DNA of 60,113 nucleotides from Gekko japonicus (Eukaryota). The stretch covers positions 138,158 through 198,270 of the forward strand of contig NW_015163644.1 of NCBI RefSeq assembly GCF_001447785.1, read 5' to 3'. The notes under the pieces were generated by a model. It was not told the DNA's origin. It did not search any database and saw only the letters and a program-made list of their open reading frames with translations. A program made the position numbers and the translations under genes. Positions 1 to 12,231 of this stretch are shown one piece after another; the stretch's first letter is position 1; each line of letters starts with the position of its first letter.

Positions 1-99
1 TATCCCCAACTGCCAGGCAACTAGATAACACATATAAAGTACAGCATTCTTGTTTTCTTATGTCACCCCCTAATTCAATTGAAGGCACCCCAGTGCCTT

Positions 100-185
100 G
101 GTGGCCTCTCATCCAAGTACTAGCCATGGCCAACCCTCCGTAGCTTCTGAGATGTGACAAGATTGGGCTAGCCTGGGCCCATCTA
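100..185 (-). mobile_element. 5S rRNA-derived SINE head, degraded
   Basis: ctctcatccaagtactagcc...tagcttctgagatgtgacaagattgggc is the reverse complement of 5S box A/C-like sequence. Confidence 0.55.
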
Positions 186-1149
186 GTCAATCAGTAGGGA
201 CTAGAAATTCTGTTACTAGCCTGAAAGGAAATTTTGAGGGGTTGTGTGGGAATCTACCATCAGTTTACCCTAGACCAGTTCAATTTGTCCAAGGTCGAGG
301 TCTCTACTGAGCAGCCCTCACAACTGGGAAAGAAAAATCAGCCACAGCCATTGAAGATTATGTCAGGAAAAGAGGGCTGAAAAGTAAACTAGTTGTCACT
401 TTGTGGGAGGCCCACAATCACCCAGCAAGTTTCCATGGCAGAGGTGCAATTTACAATTCAAACCAGATTGTTGCAGGTCTTAATTCATGTTTTAGGAAGA
501 ACTAAGCAGCATGTGTACTATCTCCCCTGTCCTTAGGATGGGTGCAATCAGTGCCAGAACTCTTAAGCCTTGCTCTAGAATTTTCTGGGTGATATTCAGC
601 AGAGGCTTAAGTATTCCTGCATGTGTAGCTGAACAGATAACAACCTGAAGAACACCAAGTAAGAATTCTTCCCAGTCACATAGAGTGAGCTCTACAGTTT
701 TTTCAATTATTTGAGTGCAGTAGGATGGGTTTAACTTATACTTGATGGGCTGTAGCTACATGTATTTAAATCAATGTTCACATTCTTGCTGCTACACTAA
801 AATACAGGATCAGGTTACAGTTAATTGACAACACTGCTATGTTTTCCAGTGAAACAAAGGAGTCAAGCTGCAGATAAAGCCATATCAGCTAGAAAGCTCA
901 CTGCGCCTAAAATTACATGCTTGAAAGGTGTTCTTGTTAAAATACCACACTAAATAGTAATGAGTTTAGAGTGCATGGAACTACATCATTTGTGATGAAC
1001 TGATCTTACATATTAATTACATAGCAGAACAAATAAATTACTTGAAATAAAGATATTCACAAATTGTTCCATAATCAGCAAATAGCTAAACAAATATTGA
1101 AACTTTTTGCAACCAATTCTTATAATCAGAATCATAACTGTTGTTTATC

Positions 1150-1280
1150 ATTCAGATGGGTAGTCATGTTGGTCTGAAGCAGCAGAACAAAGTTTGAGTC
1201 CAATGGCACCTTTAAGATCAACAAAGTTTTATTCAAGGTATAAGCTTTCGTGTGCAAGCACACTTCCTCAGATATAGTGA
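1150..1280 (-). mobile_element. Penelope-like pseudo-LTR fragment with minimal hammerhead motif
   Basis: Minus strand 1274-1238 reads TAT-CTGAGGA-A-GTGTG-cttg-CACAC-GAAA-GCTT-ATA. Related copies at about 21170, 55834 and 56636. Confidence 0.75.
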
Positions 1281-1699
1281 AACAGAATTTCTTCAACCAT
1301 TACATATAGGAAATGGGGGGGTTGTCAGGAAGAACCAATTAGAGTCAAGACAGAGAAAAAAACAAAAATGGAAATTACCAGTCCATACATGTAGGTAGGT
1401 AGGTAGAGGGTGAGCAGTAAATTATCATACAGCATAATGAAAATGTTTAACAGATTCAAGGATCAAACAGGGATAATACGCTTAGTTTTTATGGTTACCA
1501 TTTGTTTGGGTTCAATTCTGGGGGGAAACAGTGAAGGAAATAAATATGTCAGAACTGGATATTGATGTATCCTTAACTGTGGAATGCTTAGACTAATTAA
1601 TTGAGACCCTGCCATCCATCTCCTCCCAAGCATGGAGGCAACTTTACAGCATCCTCTTCTTTGAAATGGGATGACTGGCTATGCGGATTTATCTGTCTG

Positions 1700-2806
1700 G
1701 GGGCATCTGCGCAGTATTCCTCCAGAGACCATAGTCTACTAATGGGCCAGGCTTCTGATGACTCTGACTCCTCCAACTCTTCTTCCACTAGGGAAGAGGG
1801 AGAACTTTCCGATGAGGAGGAGCCATTAGCTACTACGATGCAGACCCATCTTTTTCCATAGGAGATTTTTCCAAAGATTTTTCCTAAGGTACTACACATC
1901 CTAGAGGTTCCTTTTAGTAATAAGGAGGCAGAGGAGCTGGACCTTGCTTGGCTGTCTGGTTCAGCCAGGGCCTTTCCACAAGGGAGAGTGTCCTTCCCTT
2001 GGGATTCTCTTCCCATCAATTTTCGACAAGGTGGTAAAAGCTGAGTGGGAAGCACCAGCCAGAACTAAGGCTAACCACCCTATCATATCTTGCTTCTGTT
2101 CTTTGATTCCTGAGGCTGCAGATCATTTTAAACTCCAAGTGGCGGATGCAGATTGCTGGAAGTTATTGATCAGCGATCAGTGGGTTTTGGACACAGTCTT
2201 ACATAACTACTCTCTGGAACTGCAAACCTTTCCCCACAACAGATTCATTCAAGTTCCAACCAATTTGGACACAAAGAAACAGAGATTTCTTCTCCAGGTG
2301 ATTCAACATCTGCTGGATATTGGTGCTATAGAGGCGGTTCTGGAGAGCCAGAAATCTTTAGGGGTCTACACAATCCTCTTCATTGTTCCAAAAATGAATG
2401 GGGATGTGAGGGCCATTCTGGAAATGGCTGAATTGTCAGATAAAGAAGAGAAAGTTTTGGATGGAAACTCTCCAGTCGATAATTTCTGCTATTCAGAAGA
2501 AGGATTTCCTATCATCAATAGATCTGTCAGAGGCTTATTTCCATATACTGATTTGGGATTGTGACTGGAGATTCCTTCATTTTGTTTACAGTAGAAGTCA
2601 CTTCCAATATTGGGCTCTCCCATTTGGTCTCAAGACCACCCAGAGAGTTCTCATGAAGGTTTCCCTGATAGCACTCCTCAGAACCCAGGGCATTTCAGTT
2701 TTTCCTTATCTAGATGACATTCTTATCAGGTCTCCCTCATTCTAACAGGAAGTGTCCTGCCCTTGCCTGCCTGCAAGACCATGGCTTCATCATCAACAGG
2801 GAGAAG
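1700..2806 (+). mobile_element. DIRS1-type retrotransposon remnant (gag-like + RT, frameshifted, internally deleted)
   Basis: Peptides DQWVLDTV..GAIE..LFIVPK, METLQSII..SIDLSEAYFHI..ALPFGL..PYLDDILI are typical of DIRS1 RT. A DIRS-like terminal segment resumes at 3766-3837. Confidence 0.85.
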
Positions 2807-2819
2807 AGCTGCCTCATAG

Positions 2820-3765
2820 CCTAATATCCAGCCAACCTTTCTGCATGTAATTTAAACCTGTTGCTTTGGGTCCTATCCTTTGCTGCCAACTGGAACAGCT
2901 CCTTGCCTCCTCCAAATAACAGCCTTTTAAATATTTAAATAGAGCAATCACGTCCCCCCTCAATCTCCTCCAAACTAAAAATTCCCAAGGCCCTTAGCCT
3001 TTCCTCTTGGGCTCAGTCTCCAGACCCCTGATTATCCTTGTCGCTCTCTTCTGCACCCTCTTGATTTTGTCCACATCCTTTTTGAAGTGAGGCCTCCAGA
3101 ACTGCACACAGTACTCAAGGTGCGGCCTGACCAAGACCATATACAGAGGGGCTATAACCTCCTGCAATTTCGATGCAATGGCCCTTTTAATACAACCCAA
3201 GACTGAATTTGCCTTTTTTACCACCTTTTTTACCACCGCATCACACTAACTGCTCATATTTAGTTTATAGTCCACTCTTACCCTAAGATCTCTTTCGCAT
3301 ACACTACTCCCCAGAAACGTATCCCCCATCCAGTATTTGTACTTGACATTTTTGTGGCCCAGATGTAATACTGTGCATTATCTTTGTTGAATTGCATCCT
3401 GTTTGCAACTGCCCACTCCTACAGAGTATTCAGGTCTCATTGAATTTTAACTCTATCTTCTTGGGTGTTTGCTACTCCCCCCCCCAATTTGGTATCATCA
3501 TCAAATTTAATGAATAGCCCCTCTACCCCTTCATCCAGATCATTGATAAAAATATTGAAAAGTACCGGGCCCAAAACCAAGCCCTGCAGCACCCCGCTGG
3601 ACACCTCCCTCCAATCTGATGAAACGCCATTGTCCACCACTCTTTGGGTGCAGTCCTCTAACCAGTTCCCTATCCACCGAACTGTCCTATAGTCCAACCC
3701 ACAGTCTTCCAGTTTGCCTATCAGATTGTCATGGGGAACCTTATCAAAAGCTTTACTGAAATTCA
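2820..3765 (-). mobile_element. CR1 LINE ORF2 (RT C-terminal half) fragment
   Basis: Peptides [40 protein letters not shown] and LVRPHLEYCVQFW. Confidence 0.93.
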
Positions 3766-4926
3766 TGTGGAGACTGCCCCACCCTAGGACCATTGAGAAG
3801 GGAAATTCATGGTAAGTGAAACAAACCTTTCATTCTCAAAACTACAACATTGGCTTAGTCGATCATTTTGAAACAAATAGTAAATTTTAAGAACTGTGTT
3901 CCTACTTGAAGCTGTAGGTCTTACTGTGCTTATACAAGTTATACCATTTATTAGAAATATTTTCCCTCAAGTTAACAGCCCAAGGTGTATTTGCAGAGAA
4001 CTGTACATTTTTTTAGAAAACTGGGAACTGCCTTCTGAAACCAACAGCTGCTAAACTTGTTGGGCATGTTCAGTTCTCCCTTCAGGGGACATTCCTTATC
4101 TGTGATGCTAAGAATTCGCAGCATAAACAATTTAGTCAGTTACCTGGGCTCGTCCAAAGACTTACAATAGCAAACAGTTTGAACTCTAATCTTGAATATG
4201 TGGTTATCTCTACATCTTTGTATGTGAATCAAATTATGTACCTATAAAAATAAATAAATACCTTGGAGGCCAGAGTCATTCTGTATTTCTGCTTGTACAT
4301 ATTTGCTCTTGCATAACTTAAATGTGCTTGGTACAATAAACTTCTTAGAACTAACAGCTTGGCTCTCACTGTGGTTGGCTTTTTGCCTATTTAAGCGTGC
4401 CATGCAGCCTTGCTAACCATTTTGTACCCCAAGGGATGTGTCTGTCATGTACATATGCTAAGATTTTAGCATCACCACAGTTTGTAGGTACTAGATAAGG
4501 AAGCAGAGCATTATTTCTCCGTCTCTGTCTCCCTCTCTCTATCTCTGTCTAATCTATCTACCTGTAATATCAATGTGTGGCCTCCATCTGCAGATATCTA
4601 AATCTATGGATCAGGGCCACACCAACACTAAACAGATTTTCCTGTAAACCTGAGGAAACCCCAGATTTGCAAAAGAAAAAAAATCTTATAAAAATGCATC
4701 GGTGGATTTAAATTTCCCCCCATTTTTTTTTTAAATCTGCACATGTGCAGACAACACACACCTTTATTCTTCAGAGCTGGTGGTAGCAGACTCTGGGAGT
4801 CTCTCCAGGCTTGGCTGTGGCAGCATTTGATGCCAGGAACCGCTCCAGGCCTGATTTAGTAAATACAGCTAAGATAACTGATTATTTTGCATCCCTCATT
4901 TCTGGAGGTATGCTCCCTCTCAGAAG

Positions 4927-5537
4927 GTGGGCTATTTTTGGACAGGAACGCACAGGAACGGAGTTCCGGCTAGCTCCAGAGTTGGCCACGCCCAGCAAGA
5001 ACTCATTAGCATAATAGACCACACCTAACAGCAGACACTCATTAAGATTGGCTGCATTAGGAGTGTGTGGCCTAACATGCAAAGGAGTTCCTGCTACAAT
5101 GCGAAGTATAAGTTGTTGCTATTGGGTTAATGTTTCTATGACCTTTATGGCTTTGTTCCGTGGAACCTCTCTTTGATTGTATATTTGATTGCATTGGTAG
5201 GATAAGTGGATTTCTGTAACTTTTGCTGTTTGTTGTTATACTTTATGGTTGAATACGAATAAAATGTTCTGGTTAAAAAAAAAAATGGCTACATTATGGG
5301 TGTAGTTCCTGCTACAAAAAAAGCCCAGGGTTTTGACAACAAAGTAAACAGAATAAGAAGCAAAAGGTGGGTGTGGTTGGATTACCACACTTCTGGTAAC
5401 ATGTGGGGTGTGACCTAATAGGCTAATGAGCTGTGCTGTCAGGGGTGTGGCCTAATATGCTAATAGGTTTCTGCTGTTGGGTGTGGCCTATTATGCTAAT
5501 GAGTTCCTGCTGGGCTTTTTCTACAAAAAAAGCCCTG
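4927..5537. mobile_element. Cluster of hAT-like MITEs (GGGCT..../....AAAAAAGCCC termini) with a nested poly(A)-tailed insert
   Basis: Termini and internal ctcattagcata / gtgtggcctaatatgctaat sub-repeats are shared with 9716-9872 and 20373-20789. Confidence 0.6.
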
Positions 5538-6733
5538 GTTATACATGAAACATGCTCTTGGGCAAAAGTCTGTCCCAGTCCTGCCACCTGAGACCTTTTT
5601 AAGTGCTAGTGATAGAGCCTAGGACCACTGGCATGCAAAGCATGTGCCTTACTACTGAGCTATAGGCCCTCCCCTGGATCTGGAAAAACTGAAGAGTCAT
5701 TATGCCATGGGCCATGCTGGAGCACCTCTAAATCAGGAGTAATAAAATGCCTATAGCTGGAAACAGCATTTTGAAAAACTATGTAAATAGTCCAAGATTG
5801 GAAGTGGGATGGTTTTTATCATGCCAAATCAGTGTCCTGAGTAATATAGGCATTTTAGTCATTTATTAGACTGAGCTCCATTATAATAAATTCTAAACAT
5901 TGTTTCAGGAGAAATCATTTGTGTATTGTCATTAATGGCACCGTTATCCCACATTTCAGCTGTTTGAGCCATAACCTGATGCAATCAGCTGAGTACACCA
6001 CTTAGCTTTGTTCTCCATTTGATTTGGCTTTAACTAAAAGTGAAATGTAGTTATTATAGCTGGATTACTTTTAGACAGTCTTATTTTCCAGGAAGGCAAA
6101 CTATAAATGAACAGTTGCCATTGTGACTTGGAGGAGGGAGGGGATGTTTGCTGTTTCTCTTGTTCTTTGTAGCCTATGTTCCTCAGACTCTTAAAAATGA
6201 ACAGCTATAAGTTCATCTTTACTTTTAGTTCGCATTTTCAATCAGGAAACTAAAATAATAAAGTATATTCTGAATATTTGTCTGGTTTTCCTGTTTGTAG
6301 CAAAGATACTGTTATGTATGATTATAATTTCCAGCCATCCTATCAATATGCTTATTCATGTATTCTCTGATTATTCTTAAAATATTGTAATGAGTGGGGA
6401 AACTTCTGAAAGCAGATGTTTCAAAAATATCTAGTAACATGATGCTTAAAGCACTTGTTTCAGATAATTTAATTTTATAATGTGACATTCAGTGGAGCCC
6501 TTGGTCGCTTATAACATTATAAATACTTTGGGTTTGTACTGTATAGTCTGCATCTCTCAACGGGTATTATTTCCTACAGCCAATACATTATGAATACTCT
6601 GGAAACTTTCCTCTGTTATCCTATACTAATTTTCTGTATTACCTCCATTGATTTCCGTCTAAGTTAGTAGTACAGTGACCATTTACACATTGGCTTCTTT
6701 TATCTTACACAAGTTATGGAATTGTTCTTTATG

Positions 6734-6921
6734 GGGTGGATCCTACCAGCTTTTCCATTTGATCTCTTCCAGTTATCTTCCTCGCTGTAGCTCCTGTCTT
6801 ATGTTGCTTTTGTCCATATGGTTTTTGTTCATGTGGGTTCCATAATCCAAGTATACCCATTTGGTCATCAAAAAGGGGGCCCTCCTCCTTCTTTCACCAT
6901 AGAAAAGCTGATAGGATCCTA
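6734..6921. mobile_element. MITE with imperfect TIRs
   Basis: GGATCCTACCAGCTTTTC ... GAAAAGCTGATAGGATCC. Confidence 0.55.
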
Positions 6922-7491
6922 TGTATTTTAAGAACTTGGATGTAAACTTTACAAGTAAAGCTATGTCGCAAGTATTTCTTCACTTCATTTGTAGCAGAAA
7001 TTTGCTGTTGTTGTGTCTTTGAAAAGTTGTTCCCAATCCATTTTTTCCAGGTGGTTTGGTCAAATCATCTTATTTATCCTAAGCTGTCCTGCTGGTTACC
7101 TTAAATCTACTTTAGGTTTGCTATCTGGCTTTAAGATCTGTTGGTTTTAATGAAACTATTCCTAATTGTTTGCCTGAGGCAGAAATCTATTACTCGCTCT
7201 GTGAGGAATTCTGTAATTTTGACCGGACTCCTCCAAGGTTGTGGGGTTGTAGGCTCAGGCAAAGATTCAGGGAATGAATTTGCCTTGTGATGCAGTTCTC
7301 ATTTACCCCAAAGAGTCTGAAGTTTGCCACTAGAATCATACAGTCATTTATTTTGCCATGTTTCAGATGGGAATAACTTTTTCAATAGCAATACAGAACC
7401 TTATTAGAGCAAACCATTTGAATATAAATATAAATCTTCCTTCAGCAAAAATCCCATTGTTGAAAAAATATTATAAAGATCATACTGCTGT

Positions 7492-7748
7492 TAGCTGTTG
7501 AAGATTTTCCGGGTTGTATGGCCGTGGTCTTGGCATTGTAGGACCTAACGTTTCATCAGTAGCTGTGACTGGCATCCTCAGAGGTATAACATAGAAAGAT
7601 GGAGTACTCTCAGAGAGAGTTATACCACTGAGGATGCCAGTCAGCTACTGGCGAAACGTCAGGTCCTACAATGCCAAGACTACGGCCATACAACCCGGAA
7701 AATCTTCAACAGCTAATGAACTCCGGCCGTGAAAGCCTTCAACAATAC
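7492..7748. mobile_element. Penelope-derived fold-back mini-element with two inverted hammerhead motifs
   Basis: Inverted arms of about 100 bp (7491-7590 / 7619-7716), 13-bp TSD ATCATACTGCTGT (7479-7491, 7749-7761), and the lizard Penelope-type end ccggccgtgaaagccttc.acaataca. Confidence 0.85.
7624..7664 (+). ncRNA. Minimal type-I hammerhead ribozyme motif
   Basis: ACCA-CTGAGGA-T-GCCAGT-cagct-ACTGGC-GAAAC-GTC-AGGT: conserved core, 6-bp stem II, palindromic ACGT stem III, GUC site. Stem I has one mismatch. Confidence 0.65.
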
Positions 7749-8176
7749 ATCATACTGCTGTGTTTTTAAAATTGAGTTGTTCTGAATGTGGTCCGTAGGC
7801 AATCTGGACTGTAGGCAATTGTCTAAAACTATCATCTTTATGTTGTAATGAGCAAGCAAACAGACATGGTAATAAAGGTTACAGTCTTAAAATGGTCTCA
7901 TGGCCTTTTCTCTGAGTGAAAACAGATGTAGTATTTATAGAGCAGTGGGACAGCGGTGTTCTCACCACACTCAAATCTACCAGTCCTTCTCCATTGTCAG
8001 GATCTGGGGGAACTAGTAGCAGAGCATAAGAGACCTTTGCGTGGCGTGATCCAGACCTGAACTTTCCTCCTTCCCAACGCCTGGATGAGTTTTGCACAAG
8101 GCAAAACTCTTCCAACTCCCGAGTGAATGTGCAGGGAATGAGCATTATTACAAATGAGCAAATCCTATGTTACCGC

Positions 8177-8395
8177 TAGGGTTGCCAGCTCTGGGTTGGG
8201 AATTACCTGGAGATTTGGGGGGTGGAGTCTGGGGAGGGTGGGCTTTGGAGAGGGAAGGGACCTCAGCAGGGCATAATGCCACGCAGTCTACCTCCCAAGG
8301 CAGCCATTTTACCCAGGGGAACGGATCTTTGTCATCTGGAGACCAGTTGTAGTTTTAGGAGATCTCCAGACATCGCCTGGAAGTTGGCGACCCTA
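8177..8395. mobile_element. hAT-type MITE (TAGGGTTGCCA TIR)
   Basis: TIRs TAGGGTTGCCA / TGGCGACCCTA and 8-bp TSD GTTACCGC / GTTACCAC. Confidence 0.85.
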
Positions 8396-10721
8396 GTTAC
8401 CACATCTAGCAACAATCAGAAATATTCATTCACCTTTATAATACCCTTTCCCCTTGAGGCTTACCTGATGCCTATTATATGATGTTCAAGTGTCAGGCCA
8501 AAACATGTTTTTCTTTACCCAGGGTTTTAACCGAAAAACAATATTTTAGTCATTTTCTGTGGCTTCCTTCTGATGGCGGTTTTATGAAGTCTGTTCTACA
8601 TTCCCTGCTAAAATTGTCTTTTTATGCTGCTGTATTGCTTAAGTCCCTCATTGTTGTTGCTTTTTAATGGCTGGTTTTAGCATTGATAATTTTTATTATC
8701 TGTTAATTTTGTGATGTTGTTGTTGTATTGGCTTTATATTGTGAGCTGTCTTAAATCAAGCCTCTGGAGAAGCGGCAGATGCACTTTTCCAAATAAATAA
8801 CTGGAAGTTGTTGCTCCAGCATTATTGAGTCTACAACTATTGGCTGAACCAGCATTCAAGCTACTACTGTGTACATCTGTTATCTAAAATTAGGGCTGTG
8901 TGTGTACATGTGGTTATGTCTAGAACCCACCTTGGCTTCTGTCTTTACACTCCATCTGCTTAATTCCAATATCTATGGCAGATTACTCATCTACTATTTT
9001 TCCCCCTCATAACTCTTAGTGCTAATTGAAGACATTTTATGGCTAGCAGAAGTTTAGATCAGGAGCCTGGAAGTCTTGCAAAACCTTTTCATCTAGAAAG
9101 AAGTGTAAAATAGCCTTAACTGCTTTCTTTCTGTTAAAGCTATAATATATCTACACTAGACAGTTCTGGTATTGTGCAGACCTAATTTAACTGTGCTTAC
9201 TCAGGCTCAAACTACATGCTACATCCCCCCCCCCCGATCATTTTAAAACTCTGTGGGTTTTCCCCCCAAAATCCTATTGGGATTGCTTTTTTTGTGAGAC
9301 AGAAAGTCATGGAGAGATTGAGCTATTTTACTCTTTCTTCCCTTGTCTATTTCCCACTGAAAACCTATCCTTATGTTGCTTAACTTTCCACAGGAGGAAG
9401 AATATAGATAGCCATAATTCTTCCACAGTGGAGGTAAAACAGGAATAGAAATGTATTTTGAACTACTGGATTTCAATAGAAGCTAATTCCAGGTGAGAAT
9501 GCTTAGTTCTGCAACCCACAGAATGTCAGACAGAGGCAATGCGGCCTAACTCCATGCTCTGCCTCTGATATCTCAGGCATGGAGGAACACAGTATCCCTT
9601 TGTGGTACGATTTGACTTCAGCTATATATCCATTTGTCACTTCATTCTGTCTGCCCATGGACTATGAAGGAGGTACATTTAAGAGCTGGATCAGGAAGGC
9701 ATTTAAATGCCTTCCCAGGGCTGGCTTGCCCAGGCTCCCCGCAGCCGCGGGGTGCACGGGCAAGCCAAGGGAAGGCATGCGGTGTGGCCTAATATGCTAA
9801 TACGTTTCTGATGTTGGGTGTGTCCTATTATGCTAATGAGTTCCTGCTGGGGTTTTTCTACAAAAAAGCCCAGCATCCAGGTAATTATAATGGCATTATA
9901 GTTTGAGAGACAAGAAGAAAACGGAATATAAAGTATTAGAACCATATATCAGACATCCGTAGTTGCTGCTGAGCGATGCCTATTGGAAGGTGTAATACTG
10001 GAAATAATTTTCAAGGATATAAATGGAAAGTCTCTACAAATCTGCTTAGGCAAAAAATCAGCAATGTGTTGATTCCTAGAGTAACCTCTGGTTAGAGTTC
10101 ACTGCTAGAGCTGTGCAATGTTCCATGATCTTTTTTGTGTTTTGTTTTTATATCTCCCTTCCTTCATTCCAGTAGCTCACCATTTTCCCCATGTCTCTTT
10201 ATACTTCCTCTTATTTGTTCGTGCCCATAAAGTGAATTCTCTAGGCATTCCTTCAGAAGGGCAAATCGTTATACTTCTGCCAGAGCATTCAATAACTGCC
10301 ATCTTCTTTGCCTTTTCATGCTCATTTTACACCTTTCCTAGTAAACTGTTTTTTCCTGTCGGCTTCTACTTCAGACTTAAAATGCCAAATGGTTGTTTTA
10401 ATGAAAATGAAAGGCTATTTTCAGTCATATTCATTTCTGTACAGCTAAATCCTAGCACAAGAAGTCAACTATTTAATTTAATTCCCCCCCCCCGAATGTG
10501 GGCATACACACACACACACATATCAGTACTGACACTGACAACAAAGATGGCCAGTAGAAGAAAATGAAGAGGGGTAACAAACTGTTTACTAAGTGCTGAG
10601 ATCTTTAAGTTGTTTCACAAGTGACTTTTTAGCCTTTGTCAAATTTGTGAATATAATATTTCACACGTGCCAACATATGTAGGTCTACAGACTGGTTTCA
10701 TGGAGTTGCCTTTGTTCACAG

Positions 10722-11197
10722 GGCCCAGGTGCGTTCAGACGGGCAGCTAATCCCGCCATTATGCCAACTTGAATGCCAATCTTTTTAATTCATCGTAGCG
10801 CGACCAGACATCTCCCTGGTAGACAGCGGCCACTGAAGGAGGCATGCGTGGTGGGTTTTTAAAAAACCTTTTTGCACATGCGCATAGACGTGACAGCACG
10901 CATGTGTAGAGATTTTTTTTAATGGTGCCCACTCTGGACGGTCTGATGTCAGACCACCCCAACGGGAGGATTGCGTGCTGGTGGAACGATCAGATGGGTG
11001 AAAGTCCGCAGTTGTCCCGCAAGTAACCGACAACCCCAGATTTAAAGTGCTATCTTTTAAGTACGGCTCTGAAGCGCAGCAAAATGGGATGCCCACAGAA
11101 GAGGGACATTTCCCAGATGTTTGTGTCTGAACATTACCTTTAGATCCGTGAGGCAATTGTGCCTCACGTGGATCTAAAGAACCATCTGATTGGACTC
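10722..11197. mobile_element. Probable non-autonomous DNA transposon (Harbinger-like MITE)
   Basis: CpG-rich island in AT-rich flanks with repeated ttcagac/gtctga terminal motifs. Boundaries approximate. Confidence 0.4.
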
Positions 11198-12231
11198 ATA
11201 GAGAAGGCACTGACACCTTGATTCCCAGTTGCAGATAACAAAGAACATGCATTCAAGAATGTCAGCAAGTGCTAAGAACAAACACATTTCATTTTACTTA
11301 TTGATGAGCCAATGTGAACATATGGAAATAGTAGAGTGACCTCAAAGTAACTGTTTTATTGCAAAGGAACTTCAAGAACAGATTAGAAGGAGATATTGCA
11401 GATTATAAATTATTACAACACTCAGAAGAATGGAACCCCCAAGGACTTGACAGGGATATTGATTTTTTATCTCACTACATATGCTAACCTCATCCAGTCC
11501 TTACATCTGTATTCCCACCAATCCCCCAGAAAAGCTATGCATCCTCTATTTTATTTCTTATTTGGAATAGTAGATTGGAATGTAATGTAATGAATAGTAG
11601 AATGCAATATAATTTCGAATAGTAGATTAGAATGTATTTCTCTTGGAACACAAAAGATGCACTGTACAGCCAATCATTCTACCTCAAAGAAGAGGACACT
11701 GTCCTCCATGATTGAGAGGAGATGGATGGAGCCTTCTCTCTCTTCCTTTCCTTTCCAAGTCCCCCCACTGCAGCAGGGCAACTCCAGGAGGCAAGGGAAA
11801 GCATTCCTCCTGTGTAAACTGATCAGCCCGGTGGCTCTGTCCATCAGCTGTTAGGTTTAAATGGCTGGCAGCTGGGTTTCGGTATAGCTGAATGAACCCA
11901 AATAAAAGCCAAATAAAATTGGGATTTTTCGGGCTTAGCTCTGATCTGTATTCGGCTTACATGATACCCCCAAAATACCAATAAGGTATTCAGATTGGTT
12001 TATGCTAAATGCACACCCCTAATCAAAGGTACCATTTTCACGATCCGCAAGATCTAAGTGAGAATATGAGCTGGCACGCTTAACTTTGCCTTATTCTTCA
12101 AACATCTATTAATGTTCCTCTTGCAGTTCACCAATAGAATCTGATCTGTACAGATTTCCCATTGGCTCTATGTACTGCTACTGCTTATACTAACTTTTAT
12201 TTCTTCTTCTAGTAAATCATGAATGTATACT

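Noticed and set aside
10118-10567. 149-aa hydrophobic ORF
   Set aside because: T-rich intronic composition, no recognisable domain or splice context.
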